A program made the position numbers and the translations under genes. Positions 41,381 to 54,001 of a stretch of DNA of 64,000 bases are shown piece after piece. The notes beneath the pieces are model-generated. The model was given only the letters and a program-made list of their open reading frames with translations. It was not told the DNA's origin and ran no database searches. The stretch lies in the NCBI GenBank assembly GCA_038496445.1, contig JALMLS010000455.1:806001-870000 (forward strand), written 5' to 3'. Within the stretch, counting starts at the first letter, position 1, and every line of letters starts with the position of its first letter. This DNA is from Trichosphaerium sp. ATCC 40318. Taxonomy: Eukaryota; Protista; Tubulinea.

Positions 41381-44300
41381 ATTTGACTTTATAGCAACAA
41401 GTAGTACACCTTACAAACAGAAATAACAGTTCTAACACTAAATTAAAAAGTCAACTATGTTCAGCTTTCAAAGAAAATCTAATTTTGTTTCGAACTGTTG
41501 TTGTTGTTCTCAACGATTTATCGGAGATCACCAGAGTTGTACAATCGAAGGCCTTAATTCGACACCTTCTTTTTTTTGAAAGCCTGTTTTGAAAGGAAGT
41601 GTTGACAATATTAACGACTGTGGGTAAATGTACTTTTGCTCTGTAGAGATAATTTTAAAGAAAAAAGCACGATTATTGATGTCTTTGAACATTTGAAGTA
41701 CTGAGACACGATACATCATCACTGAAGCATTTTGGCAATGGCGAATTAAGACAAGTGGCGGAATGAAATAACTGACCTTTTCTTGACAAGAGGTGCTAAG
41801 GGTACCCTCATCTAAAACTTAAACTTGAAAATTGGCCGTTTTGTAACTGTAAAAGAAGAGCTCCAACTTGGAATTATCACAGTTTAGGTAAATAATTTTT
41901 TATTCTAATTACAAAATCAGTCTCCCTTAACAGTAGATGAAAGACTTTGAATCAATCGAAGAAGCTGGTTTACAAGCACCATAAATCAAATCATTATCCT
42001 CATCAAATCCAGGACTCCCTGGACCAACAAACCGCATCATATGCTTATCTTCATCTCTTATACTACTTTGACGAGGTGGCACGTGATTTCCTTCATATTT
42101 AGTGAGAAAGTGGGTTTTACCTGGAATCTCAACTCTACTGTATTCATTGCTAAACTGATGGTACTCGAGGTCACTTATATAAAATGGCTGAAAAACAGCT
42201 ATTGATTGCTTTGATAGAGTATTGCATAAATTAGAATGTCCTCCATTATCTCTAGCTTCCTTGATAATACGTTGGACCTCTGTTGGGTCATCAACAACAA
42301 CAGAATCATCACCTAAAAATTTGGTTTAAAACAAGGACAAACAAAGAATACAACGATATTGAAAAGTATTTTTTCTTCTCATTTTTTTCTTGTTTCCATT
42401 CGTCATTACGTTTGTTTCTTCTTACCGTTTTCTTTTAAAATAATCAGCGTATCATCCACACCATCTTCTTGCATTGGAAGTTGAAAAAAGTTTGCTTCTC
42501 GGCCGTCAAAACATCGGTAGAACCTTTGAACAAACATAAACATGATGATGAATAATTCAAGTTCTTACGTTGATTGATCATCCCACTTACTCCATACATC
42601 AGAAATGTCATTATGTGGTATGTACTTACCAAAAGTTCGGTATTGTAAAGGCAGAGCTATACCAGGAATAGCTTTAATACCAGTCGCATAGTCGTCGTCA
42701 TTTTCGTACATTTTGAAGCGATAAGGTATTCTAAAAATCAGCTTTAAGAAAGTAAAGAAAAAAAAAGAGAAAGACATACCCTGAACCGTGTGGATAGTAT
42801 TCCATACAATTAGGTGATAATTCTTCAAAAACATCATACATTATCTGTGTGGCATATTGTAAGATCACAGGTCCATATTCAGAGTCTTTTTTGTACTCGT
42901 TAAAGCCACAACCTTGAAAAAAAGTTATAACTGTACAAATAAAAAAACTGTTAATAACATACCAAAGAGCAACCTTGCAACTGTATAACTTGTAGCTAAA
43001 ATCTTAGTTCCTGTCTCATCTGATCTATTATGATACGATACAATAAAATCCTAGCATCACAAATATTGTTAAATAGAAGGAGCGAGCGAAACTGAAACAA
43101 TCGGAATGACTTTTTCTCTGTTTGTTGGGTTTTTTTTCAAAAAATCCGCCTAGAACTATTTAACGTTCTGTTTTGGCGTGTTAAAAACATCCTGAGGCTG
43201 ACGAAAACAGAAAGGGTTTGATATTAATCAATAAATTTTTGTGTTTTATGTTCTTGGTATCGTACAATAAACTTTTTCTTAGAAAAATCGTAAACTTGTG
43301 CTTCTCCAAATCCTGAGTCAGCTTGCTTACAAAACAAAGGAATCCCAGTACGTCCAATCAAACACATACATAAACCTTGACCATCATCTTCAAAAGGTAC
43401 TTTCTAAGGCAACAAACATGAGCACACAAAAATACATTCAAAGACCCCTTTTGAGCAATGCTATTACCTCTCTACCATTCCATACATTTATTTGATCTAA
43501 TGTACTATTCCCAAACATACTCGATTTTGACGTTCCTTTACCCGTTTTACACGATGAACAATACGGTTGTACCAAGCACCTTTACCGACAAACGATGGAT
43601 GAACGAATGGAGGTGGAGGTGAAGGAGAAGCCAACAAACCTTAAATTCATCGTTAGTGCTAAAACGAAAACAAGACTTGTTTAAATGTGATCGTTGTAAC
43701 GTACTTCTTGGTGTTCTGAACTTTTGAGCGTAAACACTCTTCCAGTCGATGTTTTCAATTGCTATGCTATGTATAGTAGTACTGACGCGTAGTATATTCC
43801 CTGAGGGAGATAACTCGCGGATGTTTGAGCCTGTACAACGGTTTAACGTCTAATTCGATAGAAGACACTTACAAATCATCCCCCACACTTCTATTGGTAA
43901 CCCACCAAGCTCTGGATCCATCATTGAATTAAAATTTAACGAAGTAGCCTTGAAAAGCGTTAAAACAAAGAAATACATGAAGAAAAAGTGCGTACACTGA
44001 GTGGTATTTTCTTTACAGGCGGTAATGGCGTTCTAGCCTTGGATGTATTTCTTCTTGGTGCCATGCCACCTGTAGACTTTCTTGCCGTTTGCTTTGTACG
44101 TGCCATGTGGCTGCTACTAAGAAATAATTTAATGAATAAGATTTTCACGTGAATAAACGATCACTTTCAGTCAATTACGTGAATTTGTGACACGAGACGG
44201 AATATTGCTTTTTATGTACAAGTTCCAAGAAAGTAATGTCAACCGCAACGTTGTCACTGGTATGAAAATACCTTCGTCAAGGTTCCCGTATAAGGTCCCC

Positions 44301-44387
44301 AGCAAGGCCAGCTAAGAAGTCTGTGTATTTTAGGGATATGAAAATAAGAAGTCTACGCCTTATTTGACTAGGGTTTCTATGGATAAA
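40839..44387 (-). repeat. Left arm of a large inverted segmental duplication (partner 59983-64000+)
   Basis: Reverse complement matches 59983-64000 at high identity in exons, with several indels in non-coding parts. Confidence 0.95.
41927..44106 (-). pseudogene. Histone-H3-tail-mimic F-box gene, copy with a 1-nt deletion
   Basis: Same exons as 60367-62671; gtaaaacgggtaaagg vs gtaaaactgggtaaagg (deletion near 43543) gives a premature TAG. Confidence 0.75.
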
Positions 44388-44397
44388 CAAACAACAA

Positions 44398-44721
44398 ATG
44401 ACTGAGCAAGCTAAAGAAGAAAAGAAATGGATGTTTTGTGGGCCTATAACGTGTTATCAGTCCAAAGGATTTTATATTACTCCAAACACGACACTGGACG
44501 AGATAGAGTCACTATTCATATCTAAATGGCCTAATGCAGATGATGGTAAAACAAAAACAACAATGTTAATCCCTCCTTCAGGCAGTCATGCGGAGGCCAG
44601 AAAAATTGATGTAATACCAATGGCAAGCGGTATGGGCTCAAAAACAGTATCGGAGCTCGAAATTTACCAATGCGCCCAGAAAGTACACTTTGACATGATG
44701 AACAAATATTTGTGTGATTAA
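44398..44721 (+). CDS. 107-aa single-exon protein, possibly a divergent ubiquitin-like (beta-grasp) fold
   Basis: FYITPNTTLDEIESLF and SKTVSELEIYQCAQKVHF resemble Ubl LEVEPSDTIENVKAKI and RTLSDYNIQKESTLHL; no C-terminal GG. Confidence 0.55.
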   Translation: MTEQAKEEKKWMFCGPITCYQSKGFYITPNTTLDEIESLFISKWPNADDGKTKTTMLIPPSGSHAEARKIDVIPMASGMGSKTVSELEIYQCAQKVHFDMMNKYLCD

Positions 44722-45199
44722 TAAAGGTTACTATTAATGTTCTTCCAACAGTGTCAACTTTTGTCAAAAAAAAGTCAAAAATGCGGCGCACTAATTATCC
44801 TATATTGTGCCATAGGAACTATTTAGAAAGCCCCCTTTTAGTTAGGGGTTTGAGGGGGAAGACTAGCGACTGAGCACCATCACCCAGTTGTCTCCCTTTG
44901 TGGTGAATAGCTCAATATCACTTTGACATTTTTTCAACTTTTTTTTTTGTCATTTAGTATAATTCTTCTTCCGTACCTTGACGCGTTATGACTACGTCAG
45001 TGCTACTTAATAAACAGTTCTTTTAACTTATATCTACAACGTACCTTACAATATAAAGGTAACTATTTACAACAACTCTGAAAATATTGTATGTTCATGT
45101 TTGATGAGTTTACCACGTGTTTTTTCTTGCCTTGAGGTGCATTAGCACGGCAAGCAAGGTACGTTTTCTTGTCGTGGAATGTAATGCAGTCACATTGCT

Positions 45200-48170
45200 A
45201 GCCTTGCCAAGTTTTAACAGATGTCAGTTCTTACAAGAACTAGCAATAGTGACAAGATCTCAGATCTGCTAGTTTTAGCAAGATCTTGCACTTTGATACT
45301 TCTGGCTGTTGCAAACTTGAATGATACGGACAATACCACGTGTACTTGTATTGTAGTGCAGGGACTATACTATTACACAACAAAGATCGACGACTTTCCG
45401 GAACATGTAGAGAACGAAAGCAGTCCTAAACACGTTCTATAGTGTAAAATTGTTGTAGATCACACAAGAATGTAAGAATAATGCAACTTTAAAATAGTTT
45501 TACGAGATGGTTTGTGATAGTACAAGCTAGTCTATTTGATTATCCTTATGGATTACTTAGTGTGATGGGAGGAAAAAAATGTCACGTGCTTGTTACTGAT
45601 AGGGAGTTACCTTGAAAAGCCACTGAACGTTAAATTGCAACGCCATTTCATGTCAACTACCAAAGCAAATTGAAAACTGTCTAACAAAAAATATGTGAGT
45701 TTTCTACCTCTAAAACTGGTATAAGTAGATGCCAACCAATCAATTCACTAGGATTTGTTGAGTCGGATAAGTTCAAAGTTGTTGAGTCAACTCAACCCGT
45801 TACTGGAGTGAGTCCAACAAAACAAATTCAAGGCACATGGACTTAAATACTTTTTCTTGTTAGGTGGAATGTACCAGGTCAACAACTTTAACAGCTAACA
45901 GCATTTGGAAAAGTTAGTTGCATGCAAAGTTAGATATTACGTATTATGGCTTTGTGTACAGTGTGTCCTTCACTCCGACAGGAACACCAGCAATGCCCTA
46001 GTTACAAAGGAAGAAAATATAAATCATATCACTAAAGAGCACAAAGCACTATCCTCGTGAAATTGAGTGTTCCTATTTCAGCTTACTTTCAATGAAACCA
46101 AACCAAAACAAAAGTCAACAACTACCCATACGCAAAAACGCTTTTAAAAGAGGGTGACCACAAAACATAAACAAGTACGTTCATACTTTATTACAATCAG
46201 CCGTGTTTACTCACTTGCAACAATGAAGCTGACTAACCAAAACAACTTGAATGCATCCTTGAATATTTTTTTGTGAATTATTCATTGTAATGACATTAGA
46301 AAACACATATTGCCTTGCATTCAGATCGCAATCTACGCTTGAATGTTTGATCTTATTAATGTCAGAGACAGAATGGTGCTAGTACCATCACCATTCTTAA
46401 TCAATACCACAAGACCGAAAATGAATAATGCTGTTTTATTGGCTTGAAACAAGCTATTTTAACAAGCATGGTATGCATGGAGCACTGCCTGAAAGATGCA
46501 CGCTTTGGAGTGCTATTGTCGAAACTGTCAAGGTGCCTTCATACTCACGAAAATAAACAAAAGGCAATAAGCCAGCGAAGCAGTTCCGCCAGCTGTAGCA
46601 CGCGTTGTTTGAAAACAAATCACCGCAAGTGAGAACCTTTTGTCAGAAAATAGTCGACGTGTATTTATTAAAAACTCCTGTGTCCTACAGTAAAAGTACT
46701 AAATCATAATACAAGTACCCTTCGAGTACTTTTAATTCCAAAAGAAATCGAAAAAAAATACAATCAATAATCACGTGCTCATACCGGAGACACATAAGCG
46801 ATACGTGAAAATCCTGTGTACGTTATAATGGTACCATCATAATAACCTACATAGACAATCATACTTGCCGGGGTTAGCGGAGCAAAGGCCGTAGTTTTGT
46901 GCTCAGTTCCGAAAAAGCGAAAAAACGAAGTGATATATGAAAAAATCACAAAGCATTTCACAGTGTTTTAAGAAAAAACTACGCAAGACTACAACATTTC
47001 GGAGTAACAAAAACCTACGCCCAAGACTCCAAAAATCGCTCCTAGTACAAATACTATAACGAATAAACGTACTTAGACCATAATCATGGCTTTTCCTGAG
47101 TTTTAAGCTGTTTGAGTCGTACACTCTTTCAAGCGGAGTAAAGATCGCTTTTCTGATATCCTGACGCTATAATATAGCGTCTCCGAGAATTTGGTGGAGT
47201 CTATAGCGTTGTAGGTTGTTTTGAAATCCGAAAAAATCACGTTTATTGAGATGGTCATCTCGTAACCAAAAGGAATCCTATACGTAAGTTAAACACCCTC
47301 AATTCGCTTTCTTCATACAATTATGCTTTGAAGACGCGTACCTGGTGTTTAATCCCACAATCCAACGTTCATTTTTACGACTTTGGCTATCTGACATATT
47401 GGAACTCTAGAGCGACAGTCTTTCTTGTTGATAGCGGATACGGCGTGTACTAGTTGCTGTAAACTTCTACCAAAACATACATAGCTGAAAACATACCTTG
47501 TACTCATCCACGCCGCTTCGTACACGTGATAAACCTCATCTACAGCATGTATTGATTTCAATCGTTTTTACCCCATCTACAGACTGTTTATGCATGGTGT
47601 AGGCTAATTTCTGGTAAGTACGTGATATTGGCTACGTGTTGCAATGTACTTTGAAAGTTCTCTTAACACAAATATCGAGCAAGTAGCTTTTGATAGAATT
47701 CTCGATTCAGAATATAAGAAAAGCATAAAAAACATACAGCACGCTTTATCAACACAGCCTACAGCGGTCTCTATCCGGAGAAGAATCCCCAACGTTCTCC
47801 ACAATGACGACATTATTGCAACAACACAACTTGTTCAGTGTAAGAAGAATTCAAGAGAGACTGATTGCCTTTCGTTCCTAAGGTACATCCCTATGACGCG
47901 TAATATGACATCCTTTTGATTTTCTTATAACAGACAAATACTCAGTATTCTTGTATTCTCTTATTGCGATTATAGTGATATGGGACTGGGTAAAAAGTTT
48001 GCTGCAATACTAGACTCTTTTTCCTTCATTGGAATTAGCGTAAATACAGACACTACGCCTTCCTGGGACCACCTTTGGTTGCGTGGATGTTAGGATGCGC
48101 TAATCCAAGTTCGTCATGCGTATAACATTTACCCACTCCCGGAAATGATTGTAACATACACCTTATCATG
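45200..48170 (-). pseudogene. Decayed multi-exon gene, possibly an extracellular Cache-like sensor
   Basis: Intron-like T-rich GT..AG segments and fragments IVYVGYYDGTIITY, TWYIP...FCWT, FQFALVVDM; no continuous frame; boundaries approximate. Confidence 0.3.
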
Positions 48171-48849
48171 AAAGTCAACTCGTATGTCATTAATTGCAAT
48201 TAATCAACTAAAAAGCAATTTGCGCTAGCCAGCGCTTGCTCTAAACTATCTTTTTTTAGCGCCCACGTGACACATTCTCCTTATAACCTCCGTGAAGTTT
48301 ACGGAGAGAGCGAGGTTGGGATGTACTGAGGTCAGGAGATGGAGCTAGGCTGTACTAAGAGGGGGATGAAGGCGTAGATGGCTGTTACTCAGAGAAGCGT
48401 AGGAAAATTTTTGGTGTGGTACTTCCGGTGGTTACAGAATTGTTTTTTTTTTTTTTTTTTGAAATAAAAATTTTACACTGTCAGAAAATGAATTAAACTC
48501 ATTACTATGTTGTATTGTATCATTGATAGGTAATCGTTTTTTTAAATGTTTTTGAAAATAATTGGACATTTGTATTGATAGATAGATATTTAGTTTTTAT
48601 TTTATAGCGTATGGTAACACGTGATCGTAAGAGGAATGTTTTTTCTTGACGTTAGAAAAAATAAAACACCAAATACCTCCGGAGTTTTAACCATCAAGCT
48701 TTATCTATCTAATATATACGCCATTGCCCGTGCCTACAACGTATGTCTTTTCTCTATAGACTACACAATACACAAAATATCACGTAATAGTCTCTTACCT
48801 TTTTAGAAACAGCCAACAACGTTTAGGTTTGTATCCTTTGATGGTATAA

Positions 48850-49630
48850 AAAACATACCATACTTTTTTCTGTTTCGCTTCCTTTTTATATCACAAACGT
48901 ACTTGGTGATGTCAAAGAACGCTCTTGTATTTCTATAATACTACCATTGATACCTACCGATACCATAAAATGCAATACCTGCACAGCGGCACTGAGAAGA
49001 CTAAAATGAAAAAACAGCTTTAGGTTTTTTTTTTTCATAAAGTGGTGTTAGTTGAAGGCTTTTAGCGTTGATGACTTTGCCAGCTAGTTAAAAAACATTT
49101 TCGCTTTAGGTTATCTTTTCGTGTACCTTTACTGCAAACCCATCCCATTTTCAGTACTTGTGGTCGTGTAGTAAAGCGAGTAACGGACGAGAGAAGCACA
49201 AAAACCTGCGTTTAGTTTAGTTCGAAACACATTTTTCTCAAAAGCTCCTTGTGCTTTTAAAACAAACTCTTTATAATGATCAACGCACCTCATCCACACT
49301 CAACTCTTACCATGGATAGCTGCCTAATACACTTTAAGATACTGAAGCAGGTACAGCATTTGTCAATTTCATCCACCAAATAACGCGGCCAAACCGAAAC
49401 AACAAAAAAAAACCGAAAAAAAAAAACACAATGACGTTATAACCTTCATAGCGTTTTTAGTTCTTTCGCCTTCGGTTTTGTTTCTTTCTTATGTGTTTGG
49501 TGTTTACCTCATTGTAGAAATGCCATAAAATTATCTTCTTCCTATTCTCTTTCTATATTCCCACTTGTCACGTGACTAACAAGTACAATAGGGTCAGGTT
49601 CGTTGGAAATACGCGAACTGCACATTCGGT
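48850..49630 (-). pseudogene. Possible decayed small-GTPase-like gene
   Basis: Spliced fragments KIILW...HGKS*VWMR and GIGRYQW*YYRNTRAFFDIT, with in-frame stops. Confidence 0.3.
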
Positions 49631-50033
49631 GACGTGCCTCTCTTTTCTGTATTCTCCGTACACCCAAGAAAATGTACGTTTATACTATACATGTATTAGA
49701 CCTTTCTGTGACATCCCAAAGTAGCAACTTTTAAAAAAGTAGGAGAAAACAATCAAAAACCCAAAAAAAAAAAGTCACGTGATGTGAAAAAAAAATTTAT
49801 TTCATCATCGATTTTTTGGGTTTCTGGTTGTCTATATTTTTAATTAACTCCTCTAAATTCCAACTTGATCATTTAATTAATTAGATTTAAATATCAAACG
49901 CTTTTAAAAAATCCAATTGATTTGTGTAGCTCCATCGTAAAAAACAGCAAAAAAAATTTACGACAAATTTTTTTTTTCCTTTTATCTTTCTCCACCCAAA
50001 AGAAAACACTTCGCTTACCCTTCCTTTGCAGGC

Positions 50034-50500
50034 ATGAACCAAGAAGATGCTCGTGAGCATGCTGAAGATCTCGTGGAGTTCAAGTCGATGATATCAAAGT
50101 TTTCGTTGATAACAAAGAACAAACCTCTTGTCCTTCAAATCGAATCAAAAGGAACTCGTACAGTAGCCATCACACCATGCGCAGAGGTCCCACTACAAAA
50201 GTTAAAGACCAGAGGTCGTTCCAGAAAATTAACAACATCATTATCGTCAAAAACAAAAAATCACGTGATGATGAAAAAAACGACAAGGACTCCTCTTTCT
50301 GGTTGTATTACAAAGACAAGGACCAAGACAGTGCCAAGGAAACTACAGATTAATTACTTGACGAACTGAGGAAGAAGAAAAACCAAACCACCAACAATTT
50401 TTTATGCAGTCATTGAGGAGCGACTGGCGACCTTTTTTTTCTTCAAAGCCAAAGAACGGAAGAAACATGTCCAGAGAAACAACAAAAAAACTCCTCCTAG
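50034..50500 (+). pseudogene. Possible PB1-domain gene relic
   Basis: After a frameshift in an A-run near 50255: SFWLYYKDKDQDSAKETTD*LLDELR, similar to the PB1 OPCA motif LxYxDxDGD...D..L. Confidence 0.35.
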
Positions 50501-51806
50501 CGAACTAACAGTTTGCGATTTTCAACAATAATCGAGTCCATATGATACACGTGATATTCTAAAACGCGTTAAAATGGTCCGTTTGTACAGTACACAATTT
50601 TTGTATTACAAAAAAATAATATAAGTTCTACAAAAACATAAAAAGCTTCAGTTTGTTTGTACCTTTTTTTTAGGTTTTCTTAGCTATACCATGGATTTTA
50701 TTTCGAGTATATTGATAGCGCAGATTATGTAGGGTAGTATTAGCGTAATTCCAGGTTGCCAGCAACCATGACAAAGTTCTAATCCGCTGATCTTTCTGAA
50801 TCTATTTTTTGACAATCTTGTTGACATCATCAAGCTCCGTATCGTAATCAGTACCTGGGTATCCGTTAACAAAAATCTCTATGCCTAGGGTTCCCTTTAT
50901 ATAAGCACATGTATGTTATGATTACCAATAGGAGTACGTACTTGCCTCAGATTTATAAGTTGTTTGGAAAACAGTAAAGCCACAAAGAGAAAAGCAAGGA
51001 CTGCAAAATTAAAAATAAAATCTGACTTTCCTAGCGAAAAACAAAGCCTCCGAGCATTAAACTAGCACATCAAAGGGCATTGCTATAAGCTAGTTTAGTG
51101 TTACTTCTGAATCATAGGGGAAACGTTCACCCAAGGCCCATGAACGCTTAGCAACAATCAAGATAACTCGTTTTGGCTTTGCGTTATTTTCCGAAAAAGA
51201 GAAACTCACAAACTTAGAATGGTACCATGATACCTATTTTAATACAATTCATCAAGTGTTACCCGAGATTGTCATTTAGATCTCACTTTTTACCGTTTAA
51301 TGTTTTTTTTGACAGAAACGTTGAGATAACACTGATTTTGATACACCTCTTGCGTGGAGTGTCTGACTACGAAAGTTTTTTGCTCTTAAAGCCACACTTC
51401 AACATAACTGGTTATTAAGAGATCTCAGGTCACTCATTGGTACTTATTTTATACTCGACGCGTATACTGAAGGCTACGCAGTAATAACTAATAAGAACTT
51501 GTTGTTTCAAAAAATGCCATGTGTTGTCACGTGTTGCTCAAATTTCACGATAACTACCTCATTATATTCTTCAGAATATTATTTATCTATTCACACATTT
51601 CACAGCGCTACACAAGAAACAAACAATCCAGAGGAAAGTGAAAGTTAAAAACCATAACAAGGTCATAAATACTTCTATTGATTTACCGATCCGTTTTTTC
51701 GATAAGAACCCAAAGACACTTTATTGAAAACTAACATACAAAAAGGCTTTCAAGATGATAAATACATGGCCGCCTCCCAGCTCTAAAATTATAACATCAT
51801 TCTTCA

Positions 51807-53028
51807 TCATGCATGTTTAATTTTTTTATCAGAAGGTTTTGCGCTTGGAGATACTTTACTGCGATAGACCATTCTCAATATAGCATAGAACCAGTAAAGA
51901 TGAATACACTGTAGAATACATAACAATACAGTCAATGATATATGTGCAACACATTGTGCATTACATGTTTCGAAAAGAAACGCTGTTGAACTAAACAAAA
52001 AAAAAATCAGTTTGAAAAAAAAAACGCAAAAAACCTGCGAAATAAACGGTTTTCATGGACTTGTTATGCGTACACTGTGCTTCTAATGACCCAAAATGGG
52101 TAGTAAACAAGTCTACCAATGAAAAAAGCAACAGGAAAGATGCACATAGCGATAGTGTTCAGAGTGTCGGCTTTCAACATGAAAGATAACCTTGTCAAGT
52201 GTAGAAAAGGATCTGATAGCGAATGTGATGTTATAATAAGCATTCCTATACGGTGATACCTACAGAGACGTAAACAAGAGCAAAAAGCTTTTTTGATCAA
52301 AAAAAAAACTCGGAAACAACACTAACGATGCATAGCTGCATCTCCAGCGTAATATTTGAGCGTCCAGTTGAGTATTGGGCGGTTTAAAGATAGAGAAAGG
52401 GAGGAGAAAAAAGCCAAAAAATCCAAAAAACAACGCACTCGAAATACCAGCCCACCACAGAAAGACAAACGGCAATCAAGTGGTGACATGTCATGGCCAA
52501 TGTCAATTCAGCAGCATGCGACAGAGACCACCAATATTCCTCCAAGTACAAGCTCAGTTTGATCAATAGAAGTAGTTGTTCTCCAAAACTAGTTTTTTTT
52601 CGTTAAATTACGCTTTGGTTTAATGACACGCGTTGAAATGGTAGATAGCGTACCTTATTTCGTTGTCATAGTAACAGAGGTCGAGGTTCCACATGTAGCC
52701 AAGACTGTTTACCACGTAAAACGTGAAGGGTAGGTACAACACACAATGCGCGAAGCAATAGGCCTGCTCTTGGAACTTTTCAACTTGTTTTTCCGTAAGT
52801 GTTTCTTTTTGACTCTTTTCGCTGCGTGACTAACGAGCAGGCGTTAATATACCTACGTGTGCGCTATGACGTGCTAGAATACGCAAAAAACGAATGCGAA
52901 ATACAGAAAGTTCTACGTACTAATAATATCGCTGCGAGATAGTATATCACTAGCCTGAAGCATCTTGTAGCTAATGTAGTAACACCACACGCAACGAACC
53001 AACCGAGCGACAAAGGAGCTAAATCCAT
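51807..53028 (-). CDS. TLC-domain (Lag1/ceramide-synthase-like) membrane protein
   Basis: EKFQEQAY, MTCHHLIAVCLS, YHRIGMLIITSHSLSDPFLHL, FFIGRLVYYPF, LQCIHLYWFYAILRM; dilysine-like tail KKIKHA. Confidence 0.85.
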
Positions 53029-54001
53029 TGGTTTGCTTATTAAACTGTTACGTTGTAGATAATAGTACTGTTTTGTAGTGCTGTTCCCTAGTTTAGTCGT
53101 GTTCGGACAAAAGAAGTTCCAAGGGAGTAACTTATCTGACGAACGGTGATACGGCCGTTAACTGAGTTGTTTTTTCATCACACTCGAGCCAGGCACTTGT
53201 TCGCTACACCACTCAAGTGATTAGAACAGCCCGAAGAGTCCTCCTTTTGTTCGTAAGGTGAAATAACGCACGTATACGCTGTAATAAGTATAATTACGAG
53301 TCATGGCGGTATAGCATTGTAGTTACAAGTGTTTTGTTTGATCTTAAACAAAAGTTGGTCCCAAAGATACCTGCAGCATTTGCTGAGCGCTGAAATGGTA
53401 TTGGTAGCTAGTAGAACGCTCAACTATTTCCTCAACTTAATGTCTACCGCAAGAGTTTAACGCAGGCCCTCAGGGAGTTTATTGAAGTAACGAACAAAGT
53501 GCAAGTAGATATTCTGATTATACTACTATCGGAAGCGCTAAAAGCCACAACCTTTTTGTAGGTTATCGAACAAGCTAGTTGATTAAGTTGTCATGACGCT
53601 AGTCTGTCCAATTTTTCCTAATTTGTACCGGACAATATGGAGCTTTTAGAAAACTAGCACTTTTTTTTCAACTCCGATAATCATCCAACACGCAAAGCTC
53701 ATCTTGCGTCGCGAACCTAATCGCTTAGGTAAATATTAATTTATACATATCTAGGGCTTCTTGCTGTTTTTTTTTTTCGGTTTTGTGTTTGTTTTTGGCC
53801 AAAACTATCGTTGGTATTAATATAATGCATGGGGAAGTTGTTTTATTGCTAAATGATTGCAAAGATTTATCGAAAATACTTTTCTATGCCGTATATACTA
53901 CGTCGGCATACTACACACGATATATAGCACCGATATGATTATTAAAGCGATTGACAAAATTCTAACGTTTTTACAGGTAAGCGTTTTAGCGAGCTACCGC
54001 T

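Noticed and set aside
44826-44900. C-run/G-run hairpins as a terminator or Helitron end
   Set aside because: The stems are short and imperfect, with no clear second copy or associated element.
49240-49330. Selenoprotein with in-frame TGA (GKS-U-VWMRC or VECG-U-G)
   Set aside because: No SECIS-like element is seen downstream, other exons contain TAG/TAA stops, and decay explains the pattern better.
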